Positions 47,516 through 55,187 of a stretch of DNA of 64,000 nucleotides are shown piece after piece; position 1 is the stretch's first letter, and each line of letters opens with the position of its first letter. Both the position numbers and the translations under genes were made by a program. The notes under the pieces were generated by a model, which worked only from the letters and a program-made list of their open reading frames with translations, had not been told where the DNA came from and did no database searches. Origin of the DNA: Candidatus Moraniibacteriota bacterium (GTDB lineage Bacteria > Patescibacteriota > Minisyncoccia > Moranbacterales > UBA1568); the NCBI GenBank assembly GCA_052034935.1, contig JBPOIB010000001.1, forward strand, positions 172,173-236,172, in the 5' to 3' direction.

Positions 47516-47678
47516 AAAAAAAGCGCTCGGCTTCTGTTCAGCCGAGCGTATCCGAGGAGGGGATTGGACGTATCGTTTAGGCGGAGGGGTGAAAAAATTC
47601 CGATACGCGCTGCTGAACAGAAGAGGTGGCTCCGAGAATCGGAGACGCGAAGACAGAGCCGTCGCGCTGGGCGGTCAT
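47516..47678 (-). promoter_or_regulatory. Leader-peptide transcription attenuator upstream of MFS gene
   Basis: 33-aa uORF 47678-47577; terminator CGCTCGGCT...AGCCGAGCG + U-tract (47548-47516); 12-bp perfect antiterminator pairing 47612-47623 with 47531-47542. Confidence 0.7.
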
Positions 47679-47773
47679 GTTCCACTTGTTCAGATGGCAC
47701 GTATGGTTTTTCATAACAGTGATTTATTGGTATCACGAGAATTCGTGTTTGTCAAGGAGGGTATTCAGTTCGG

Positions 47774-47811
47774 AAAAATGAAAAACGGCAGGTCGATTGC
47801 GACTCTGCCGT
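47774..47811 (-). repeat. Conserved terminator repeat, copy 6
   Basis: + strand: AAAAATGAAAAACGGCAGGTCGattgCGAC-T-CTGCCGT. Confidence 0.85.
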
Positions 47812-47839
47812 CGGTGTTTGGTGCAGCGCGGTTCCCGCT

Positions 47840-48004
47840 TTAGCGGCCGGGGAGTGCTACGCGCTCCTGGGCCAGCTTCTTGCCTTGAGCGATCTTCTTG
47901 CGCTTGCCAGCCTTCTTGCCGGCATCCTTCTTCGGATTGCCAGCCTTGTAGCAGGTGTAGCCCGGTGCGTGGCCGTGGCTTTTGCCGCGGTTGGTATTAG
48001 CCAT
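47840..48004 (-). CDS. 54-aa Lys-rich basic protein, divergent from the RT locus
   Basis: GGAGG SD, ATG 48004, promoter TTGACG-17-CATCAT, repeat terminator. Confidence 0.6.
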   Translation of the reverse strand: MANTNRGKSHGHAPGYTCYKAGNPKKDAGKKAGKRKKIAQGKKLAQERVALPGR

Positions 48005-48090
48005 CAGTTGCCTCCATCGGCCGAAATGAACATGGGGATATGATGGCAAAAGGGTGGCTATCCGTCAACCGGAACGTTGTCTTGATGGAT

Positions 48091-48119
48091 TTTACAAACA
48101 CGAGCATTGTTGCTAGTCT
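48091..48119 (+). promoter_or_regulatory. Sigma70 promoter for the ncRNA-RT unit
   Basis: TTTACA-17-TAGTCT with extended -10 TG. Confidence 0.65.
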
Positions 48120-48136
48120 ATGGCCGGATCAAGGCC

Positions 48137-48444
48137 GCCAAGGGGGCAGCTGTACGCAATCGTATCCGATCCGTTTTTGTGAAGAAGTGTTTTTGAAACC
48201 GTAGTACCTGTAAGTGTGCGTGTGTGAACCCCTCGTCATCGATGTGGCGGGGAGGGAGGCTGGAATATGCCTTCCGTTAGTGGTCCCTTGTGCGTGGTTC
48301 CCGTTCGATCGGCGTGGGGATGTTCTCCTCCTCGGCGGTCGTTCGTGGAGCATCGAGAGGGCTGTCCATGGCGAATCCAGGCAGCTCGCACCGGGTTCCG
48401 TACGGCGATAGTTGTTGTGCCTGATAGATTGCGGCCCCCTTGGC
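48137..48444 (+). ncRNA. Retron-like msr/msd ncRNA
   Basis: GCCAAGGGGGC (48137-47) / GCCCCCTTGGC (48434-44) inverted repeat, continued after a bulge by CGCAATC/GATTGCG and TATC/GATA; several internal hairpins; directly upstream of RT. Confidence 0.75.
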
Positions 48445-48502
48445 CAACCGTACGGGAAAGAGCTCCTTCACAAATATTGTTCATCAACTCCAGGAGTAAG
48501 AC

Positions 48503-49603
48503 ATGAGAGAAATGATCTTGCGCCCGGAGCTTGTCGGGCAGGGCTTTGGCGGTCATCCGATGATCCGCTTCGAAGAACGCGAAGTACGCGGCAAGAAGCG
48601 CCTTATCGGCGTGCCGAATCGATCGATGCGTTCGCTCCATCGGCGACTAGACACATTCCTCCATGATTTGGTCATGGCCACGGATAGCGCCGGCTATGGG
48701 GTGCGCAAACTTCCCTCGGCCACCGGCTGTGTCAGTGGCTCCAATCCGCAAAAGAACGCCTTGGCGCATCGGAAAGGGAAGTGCTTCTATATCACCGACC
48801 TCGTCAATGCCTACGCCAATGTGTCGCTTCCGCGGCTGGCACTTTTCATCACCTTCCTCATGCGGTATGAGGACTATGTCGACGAGGTTTCGCTCAGCTG
48901 GTTCGCTTTAGACGAGCGAACCGAAGTCCTCGCCGAAGACTGGGCGTACCGGCCGGTATTGAGTTTCCTTCGCGCCCACTTCGCTGGCCAGTTCGGCCGG
49001 GGACTCGCGATCGGCGGACCGCTGTCGCCGTACCTCATGAACCTGTATTGCGAGGTCTTTCTCGACATGCCGCTGCGGAAACTGTGCGAGAAGCGAGAGA
49101 TCACATACACGCGGTATGTCGATGATCTGGTATTCTCGGCGACGTTCTTCATCGGACAAGAGACGAGGCGCCGGCTCCGAGCAATCATCGAAGAGAGCAG
49201 TTTCTCAGTGAACCACAAGAAGTCCCGCCTCCAGCTCCAGAGTATGGGGCCGGTAGCGATTACCCAGACCGTGCTCGAGCGACCATTCGACCTTGAGCTT
49301 TTCCGGGGACATCGACCGCCCACACCTGAGAACATGCAACGAGCAAGCAGCGCAGCCAGTCCGCTCCTCGTCTTCCCTCAGAAGAAACGCCGCAAGCTCC
49401 ATGGCCTCATCCATAGCTACCTCACGTTCGAGATGGACTGGCCAGAGAAGGTGAGCGGCTATGTCGCTGAGTTCTTGCATTACTACAAGCATGTCGGTAC
49501 CAAAACAGCGACCGACAAGAAGACGTTCGCCTTGTGCCGACAGTTCCAAGCCGAATGGCAGCGACACGGCGGTCCGAAACCGCGCCGACGTCGCCGTACC
49601 TGA
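48503..49603 (+). CDS. Retron-like reverse transcriptase
   Basis: KKRLIGVP, NALAH (retron region X), TDLVNAY, GLAIGGPLSP, YTRYVDDLVFS, VNHKKS, ITQ in the VTG position; SD AGGAG. Confidence 0.9.
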   Translation: MREMILRPELVGQGFGGHPMIRFEEREVRGKKRLIGVPNRSMRSLHRRLDTFLHDLVMATDSAGYGVRKLPSATGCVSGSNPQKNALAHRKGKCFYITDLVNAYANVSLPRLALFITFLMRYEDYVDEVSLSWFALDERTEVLAEDWAYRPVLSFLRAHFAGQFGRGLAIGGPLSPYLMNLYCEVFLDMPLRKLCEKREITYTRYVDDLVFSATFFIGQETRRRLRAIIEESSFSVNHKKSRLQLQSMGPVAITQTVLERPFDLELFRGHRPPTPENMQRASSAASPLLVFPQKKRRKLHGLIHSYLTFEMDWPEKVSGYVAEFLHYYKHVGTKTATDKKTFALCRQFQAEWQRHGGPKPRRRRRT

Positions 49604-49604
49604 T

Positions 49605-49644
49605 GCCGAGTGAAGCCACTGCTTCGCCCGGCGTTTTTCTTTTT
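49605..49644 (+). terminator. Terminator immediately after RT
   Basis: GCCG-A-GTGAAGC cact GCTTCGC-C-CGGC + TTTTTCTTTTT. Confidence 0.8.
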
Positions 49645-49702
49645 ATACGCATGCTACCGCGTCTATTCGATTCCCCTGAAGACGGTGTACACTGGAGGTA
49701 TC

Positions 49703-50389
49703 ATGATGAAATCAATCGTTCGATCGCAAGTGGTCCTGGTCCTGTGGGTGGCGCTCCCGTTCTTTTTTGCCGCGATAAGTTCAATCTGGCTCGAACCGAA
49801 CAATATCTGGGTGAACAATAGCGGGGCGGGCCTCCCGAGCACGTCAGTCGTACTGGGTGTCCCGATTTTCTTTCTCTTCAATGTCTACTACCTCATCTTG
49901 AAGCCGTTTGTCGCGATCGAATCCGGTGGGTCGGGTGCCTGGCTGCAGATCGTTCCTGATACCAATCCGTTCGGTACCATCCTCATCGGCAGCCTGATTC
50001 TTCTCACTCTCGCGGCCTTCGCTTTCTTCATCGGCCGGGCGGTGAAGGATCGAACCTGGGAAAAATACGTCTTTTACGGCTTCACCCTTTTCATCCTCTT
50101 TGATGTCGGTAATTATGCTTATCAGGCGCGTTCGGCCGTACAGGCAAAGCCCGTCCTCGATTCGCGCGCCGAGACGATCAAAATCTGTAACGGCACAGCG
50201 CCGGAATATACTGCCTGCCAAACGCGTTGCAGTACGGAATGGTCAGCGCTCGCCGCTGAATCAGCCGAAAAGCGGAATGCTTTCTGGACGACCTGCACGG
50301 CGAAATGCGATCCGCTTCAGGCCGAGTTCCAGACAAAATGCTTGCGGGAAAGCGGACTCCCAGAATACCAGGACTTTCCGGCACAATAA
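49703..50389 (+). CDS. 4-TM membrane protein with 6-Cys helical C-terminal domain
   Basis: GGAGG SD; C-x9-C-x3-C ... C-x3-C-x10-C; terminator at 50411-50439. Confidence 0.65.
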   Translation: MMKSIVRSQVVLVLWVALPFFFAAISSIWLEPNNIWVNNSGAGLPSTSVVLGVPIFFLFNVYYLILKPFVAIESGGSGAWLQIVPDTNPFGTILIGSLILLTLAAFAFFIGRAVKDRTWEKYVFYGFTLFILFDVGNYAYQARSAVQAKPVLDSRAETIKICNGTAPEYTACQTRCSTEWSALAAESAEKRNAFWTTCTAKCDPLQAEFQTKCLRESGLPEYQDFPAQ

Positions 50390-50551
50390 TTTTTTTTGAG
50401 CACTTGGGCAAGTCCGGCGGTTGCGGCCGGGCTTTTTTTGTCCGTTATCAGCCTTATTTTTATTGACAAAAATGAAAAAACTTGTATAATTAGTCCGCTG
50501 TAATTTCCCAACCAACCGTTACCAACCTTTCCAAACTCTGAGGAGAGATCC

Positions 50552-51766
50552 ATGAGAAACGTCATCACCGTCATTCTGGCCGGAGGCGTCGGTTCGCGCC
50601 TCGCTCCGCTGACTGATCCCTGCACGAAGCCGGCAGTCGAAGCCGCCGCGAAGTACCGAATCATTGATTTCATGATGTCGAACTGCCTGAACTCCGGGCT
50701 GGACCACATCCTGGTGGCGACCCAGTACCGGTCGCATGAGTTGAACAAACACCTCGCGGACAACTATCCATCGAATGCGATGCATGGGTTCTATGTCCGT
50801 ACGGTCCCGGCTCAGCAGCTTCATGGCGAGATGTGGTATCAGGGGACGGCCAATGCCGTCTATCAGAACCTGGGCATCATCAAGAACGAGGGTGATTTCG
50901 GGACCATCGCCATCCTGTCGGGTGACCACATCCTGGCGATGGATTTCAGCCAGATGTACGCCTACCATCAGGCGAGACAGTCGGTCTTTACCGTTTGCGC
51001 CATGCCGGTGCCGACGGCCGAGGCCACTCGTTTCGGTGTGCTCGAGATCGACTCGGACTGGCGCATCGTCGGCTTCGAAGAGAAGCCCGCCAAGCCCAAG
51101 GAGATTCCTGGTCGGCCGGGGTACAGCCTCGCCTCGATGGGGAACTACTTCGCCGAGCTCGCTCACCTGTCGGAATGGTTGGCGCAGGATGCGTCTCGGC
51201 CCGACACATCGCATGACTTCGGCAAGGACATCATCCCCGGGATGCTCGCGGCGGGCGTTTCGCTCTGCGCGTACAACTTCCTCGACAATGAGATTCCCGG
51301 CCAGAGCGAACACTACTGGCGCGATGTCGGGACGATCGAAGCGCTCCATGCTGCGAATCTCGACTTGGTCGAGATCAAGCCGGAGCTCAATCTCTACAAC
51401 AAGGCCTGGCCGATCCGTTCCGCGCAGGACAACCTGCCGCCCGCCAAGTTCAACCAGACGGCGAGCGGCGACTTCCGGCCGACGAATTCGGTCGTGAGCG
51501 GCGGCTGCATCATCGAGGACTCTTCACTCATCCGATCTGTCCTTGGCCGCGAGGTTCGGGTTTTCGCTTCGGTCATCGAAGAATCGGTGCTCTTCACCGG
51601 CGTCCGCATCAAGCACGGCTGCCGGCTGCGCCGTGTCATCGTCGACAAGGAAGTGCGCATCCCGGCTGGCACGAGCATCGGGTTCGACCATGAGGCGGAC
51701 CGCGCCCGAGGTCTGACCATTGACGAGAGCGGCATCGTCGTCGTTCCCCGTGGGTTCCAGTTCTGA
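50552..51766 (+). CDS. glgC: Glucose-1-phosphate adenylyltransferase
   Basis: ILAGGVGSRL.PLT...KPAV, WYQGTANAVYQN, LSGDH, ASMGNY, HDFGKDIIP, YWRDVGT; promoter TTGACA-16-TATAAT (50463-50490). Confidence 0.95.
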   Translation: MRNVITVILAGGVGSRLAPLTDPCTKPAVEAAAKYRIIDFMMSNCLNSGLDHILVATQYRSHELNKHLADNYPSNAMHGFYVRTVPAQQLHGEMWYQGTANAVYQNLGIIKNEGDFGTIAILSGDHILAMDFSQMYAYHQARQSVFTVCAMPVPTAEATRFGVLEIDSDWRIVGFEEKPAKPKEIPGRPGYSLASMGNYFAELAHLSEWLAQDASRPDTSHDFGKDIIPGMLAAGVSLCAYNFLDNEIPGQSEHYWRDVGTIEALHAANLDLVEIKPELNLYNKAWPIRSAQDNLPPAKFNQTASGDFRPTNSVVSGGCIIEDSSLIRSVLGREVRVFASVIEESVLFTGVRIKHGCRLRRVIVDKEVRIPAGTSIGFDHEADRARGLTIDESGIVVVPRGFQF

Positions 51767-51930
51767 GACGGACCGTTTTTGCTAGCCACGCCTAGCTTTC
51801 CGAGACGCTCGGTACATTCGTGTACCTGGCGTCTTTTCTTTTTATACCAGGTAATCAATTCTTGGATTACCATAATGAAAAAGCCCGTCCGGTGTTGCCG
51901 GTAGGGCTTTCTGCAAAGAGTGATGGGATG

Positions 51931-52239
51931 TCATGGCATCGGGCGTTCGGCATTTTGCTGCCGCTCGCGTTCGATCTCAAGCCTGGCGCGATAGTGCTGA
52001 AGTGCCGCCGCAAGTGCTGCCACGAGCGCCTCAGGGTCTGCCGGAAGCATCGCTGTCCCATGCTCGGCGAGAAAAGTGCGGCCGGTGAGTCGGTCATCCA
52101 TCCTCTCGAGAAAGGTGAGGAGGGGCCTGTTTTCACTGCTTCGCTGTAACCCTTCGGCCTCATGGTAGACAAGCGTGAGGGCGGTGTAGAGATCGTGGAG
52201 CGCTCGGCCAAGCGCCGGTGAATCAGTGATATTTTCCAT
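51931..52239 (-). CDS. Hypothetical helical protein (cassette-like)
   Basis: GAGG SD, TTGACA promoter at ~52307, hairpin at 51879-51910. Confidence 0.55.
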   Translation of the reverse strand: MENITDSPALGRALHDLYTALTLVYHEAEGLQRSSENRPLLTFLERMDDRLTGRTFLAEHGTAMLPADPEALVAALAAALQHYRARLEIERERQQNAERPMP

Positions 52240-52303
52240 TGGTGGCGCCTCTCGGTCGATGAAGGAACGATGGTGGCATCCTCTCAGAAACTGAAAAGGC
52301 CTG

Positions 52304-53224
52304 TCAATGGCTGAGGGTAAAGATATTTCCACCGGAAAAAATCTGATGGAGCGGGAAGGGTTCCACGAATCCTGTTCGAGCGTAGAATTTCTGCTCTTTC
52401 TTCCCGTTCTCAAAATAGATGAGTGAGAGGAGCGCAAGCCCGGTCGTGTGAGCATTGGATTCGTCATGTCCCGCGTCCCGCCAGCCGGGCTCATCGGTCA
52501 GGCTCGAGTGCACTTTTTCGATCCACTCCCTCTTTACGCGGTCACCAAACCCTGCCCAGTACAGGAGGACAATACGTTCGGCGAAGAGGTCACTGAATAC
52601 CTCGTCCGTCTCAGCCGCGCGGATGATATGTGGCACGACTGATCTGATCTCGGCCGCAATCTCCGGCTCATCGAAACAGCCGTTTTCACGCAGGATGAGG
52701 AGTCCCCAGAGGTAATGCGTATCGGCGTAGTCGCCCGTCTCTGATTGGATTGATTTCAAGATGGCGAAATCGGCAGCGTCGTAATGACCGAGGTCGCAAT
52801 AGAGCGTCTTGAAGAGAATGTCGTCGTATGGATCGCGCAGGTATTCTTCGTACGGCGGATTGACGAGGTATGAATTGTTATCGATGAAGGGGAGGATGCG
52901 GTACGGATAGGCGCGACGATAGAACATGATATCGGGAACCGGTTCTTTGGGCTCGATGAGGCGCCAAAATGGATCCCTGGCAAGCGAGGGAGTCGCTTCG
53001 GGAATCGACAGCGATAATGAGAGGGTCGGTAGTGATCGCTTGACCAGTCCGAGCAAGAAAGCGTCGTCGATACGAACGGTTGCCATATTTTCCGGCGTGT
53101 AGTATCCGAGGCCTTTTTCGATGGCGGCAGTGAGGAGTGGATCCGAACCGTTCCGTAAAAAAAGAACAGCAAAAAGGAATGCCAGCCCGAGTGCGAGCGA
53201 AGTTTTGAGAGTCGGTTTCTTCAT
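52304..53224 (-). CDS. Exported hypothetical protein, helical C-terminal domain
   Basis: Signal/TM MKKPTLKTSLALGLAFLFAVLF; 306-aa ORF. Confidence 0.65.
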   Translation of the reverse strand: MKKPTLKTSLALGLAFLFAVLFLRNGSDPLLTAAIEKGLGYYTPENMATVRIDDAFLLGLVKRSLPTLSLSLSIPEATPSLARDPFWRLIEPKEPVPDIMFYRRAYPYRILPFIDNNSYLVNPPYEEYLRDPYDDILFKTLYCDLGHYDAADFAILKSIQSETGDYADTHYLWGLLILRENGCFDEPEIAAEIRSVVPHIIRAAETDEVFSDLFAERIVLLYWAGFGDRVKREWIEKVHSSLTDEPGWRDAGHDESNAHTTGLALLSLIYFENGKKEQKFYARTGFVEPFPLHQIFSGGNIFTLSH

Positions 53225-53341
53225 AAACACCAGCCATTGTACCTTTGAATGCGTCCGCTGACCAACCGGTTTCCTCTGGGTTGAGTAAAAAAAATCCGGG
53301 AGAGAGCGTGGCTCTTTGCCCGGGCGGTTGAGGAATCCTCG

Positions 53342-53539
53342 TCAAAGCTCGAAGCGGCGCAGACTGCGAGCGACGAGAGCGAGGACGATGGCGATGAGAC
53401 CGAGGAGAAGTCCCCACTCGAACAGACTCTGATTATTTCGGATGAGGCCGATGAAACCGTTCGCCATCGCGCCGAGACCAGCAAGAGCGGCGAAGAGGCG
53501 GGCGAATTCGTAGAGGATACCGGCAAAGAACTGAAGCAT
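53342..53539 (-). CDS. Small 2-TM protein
   Basis: GAGGTG SD; hairpin at 53294-53324. Confidence 0.55.
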   Translation of the reverse strand: MLQFFAGILYEFARLFAALAGLGAMANGFIGLIRNNQSLFEWGLLLGLIAIVLALVARSLRRFEL

Positions 53540-53670
53540 GACACCTCTTGAAGTAACGAGTTGGATGAGGAAAGAGCATTCGGAACATAGCGTAAAAATC
53601 ACTTTCAGTCAATTCGGTAGAACCTTGCTCGAACAGCTGAATTCTGCGAGGATAAGATACTGAAATACTT

Positions 53671-54246
53671 ATGGAAATTCGTTCAGCAGTCTTCGTCAAA
53701 GGTGTCATCGGCTCAGAAGGGCTGCCGGTGCCGAGTCGTCCGACCGTCGCTTTTTTCGGTCGTTCCAATGTTGGGAAATCGAGTGTCATCAACGCGCTTA
53801 CCCGACAAAAAGACCTCGCTCATGCCAATAAGCGCGCCGGTCGTACGACCGAGATTAATTATTTCCTCATCAATAACACCTGGTACCTGGCTGACTTGCC
53901 AGGCTATGGCTACGCGCATGTCCCGGGACCGCTCCGGAAAAAAATGGCCGGCTACATCTCCTGGTTTGCCGCCGACATGACGATCGATATCCGTCAGGCT
54001 GTCCTCATCGTCGATGCTGAAATCGGAGCGAAGGATTCCGATCGGGAGACGTTCAAACTCCTCAGGGAATACGGCCGGTCCGTCATCGTGCTCGCCAATA
54101 AATGCGACAAGGGCCGCCGGCTCGATATTGAAAAGAACATTGCCGCGATCACGAAAGAATTCGCTCCGGCCAGAGTTATCCGTCATTCGGCCAAGACTGG
54201 AGAGGGTCGACCTGAGCTCTTACGTGCTCTCTTTGAAGAAGAATAA
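53671..54246 (+). CDS. engB: Ribosome biogenesis GTPase YihA/YsxC
   Basis: GRSNVGKSS, GRTT, DLPGYG, NKCDK. Confidence 0.95.
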   Translation: MEIRSAVFVKGVIGSEGLPVPSRPTVAFFGRSNVGKSSVINALTRQKDLAHANKRAGRTTEINYFLINNTWYLADLPGYGYAHVPGPLRKKMAGYISWFAADMTIDIRQAVLIVDAEIGAKDSDRETFKLLREYGRSVIVLANKCDKGRRLDIEKNIAAITKEFAPARVIRHSAKTGEGRPELLRALFEEE

Positions 54247-54252
54247 AAAAAT

Positions 54253-54741
54253 ATGAAAAAGACCATCATCGGTGTCATTGTCATCATCGTCTTGGGAGTC
54301 GGCTGGTATGCTTTGTCGCCACGCTTCATGAACAAAGTTGTCGATGAGCCGGTTCCATCGGGTGGAGGGTCCGGCGGCATGATACCGCGATCAGGCGTGG
54401 TCACTGCTCCAGAAAAGACTGAGTCAGTTATGACGAACCGTATCCCGGTCGTCGCGACACCGGCCCACCCAGCTTCTGGTTTTGTCCGGGTCGTGAAAGA
54501 CGGTACCGCTCGTTACCTGCGTTATGAGGACTACAAAACGATCAACGGGCCTGACGTTCGTGTCTACCTCGCTGCCGATCTGGAGGCAAAGGATTTTATC
54601 GATCTTGGGCCACTGAAAGGAACGGAAGGGAATATCAATTATGAAATCCCAGCCGGGACGGACCTCGGTAAATACCGCTACGCACTGACGTGGTGTGAGG
54701 ATTTTTCGGTTCTCTTTAACTCGGCGGAGCTTTCTTTCTAA
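54253..54741 (+). CDS. DM13 electron-transfer domain protein
   Basis: NGPDVRVYL, DLGPLKGTEGNINYEIP, WCEDFSVLF. Confidence 0.9.
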   Translation: MKKTIIGVIVIIVLGVGWYALSPRFMNKVVDEPVPSGGGSGGMIPRSGVVTAPEKTESVMTNRIPVVATPAHPASGFVRVVKDGTARYLRYEDYKTINGPDVRVYLAADLEAKDFIDLGPLKGTEGNINYEIPAGTDLGKYRYALTWCEDFSVLFNSAELSF

Positions 54742-54777
54742 AAAATGAAAGCGCCCGGAATGCATTGCATCGGGCGC

Positions 54778-55062
54778 CTAACGGCGAGGTCTCTTTTTCG
54801 CTCCTTCGCGAAGCTTTTCGTACTGGATGACTGCCTCAGGGTTATCGCAAAGATCACCGAATTCATTGATTGCGATTCGCTGCTTCCGGCCGCGTATCGT
54901 CACCTCAACAAGGTCTCCGCGAGCGATGAAATAGCCGTTGTGGGCGTTTCCGTCCGGATAGAAAAACCGTTCGGCAAGGTGGAAGTCGCCGCCGATGACC
55001 CGAAAAAAGAGCGGCGGACGAAATATCGCGCGGATATAAATGATTTGCCTGGTAGCTGACAT
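54778..55062 (-). CDS. Hypothetical protein (cassette-like)
   Basis: AGGA SD, hairpin at 54751-54777. Confidence 0.5.
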   Translation of the reverse strand: MSATRQIIYIRAIFRPPLFFRVIGGDFHLAERFFYPDGNAHNGYFIARGDLVEVTIRGRKQRIAINEFGDLCDNPEAVIQYEKLREGAKKRPRR

Positions 55063-55187
55063 GGGAAGTCCTGAGTTGGTAAGTGACAGTGTCTTCTGTA
55101 TCCCATGCTGCTACCTGAGCGTCAAGCGTGATCCGGATAAAAAAATCCCTGAAGGGCGCGCGGGCGCTCTCCAGGGGTGGGCGAATA

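Noticed and set aside
42249-47811. Repeats as integron attC sites or a CRISPR array
   Set aside because: No RYYYAAC/GTTRRRY boxes at the stem ends and no integrase; spacing is gene-sized and irregular with no cas genes
48340-48421. Short matches between the ncRNA and repeat flanks (TTGTTGTGCC at 48412 and 42815; CGTTCGTG)
   Set aside because: Only 8-10 nt in GT-rich sequence; cannot be separated from chance by eye
48503-49603. RT as group II intron or classical DGR
   Set aside because: No maturase/X domain or domain V/VI hairpin after the ORF; SP rather than SQ, no avd, no TR/VR pair seen; NAxxH favours the retron lineage
49703-50389. Downstream membrane protein as the retron effector
   Set aside because: Separated from the RT by a strong terminator and has its own SD and terminator; linkage unsupported without synteny data
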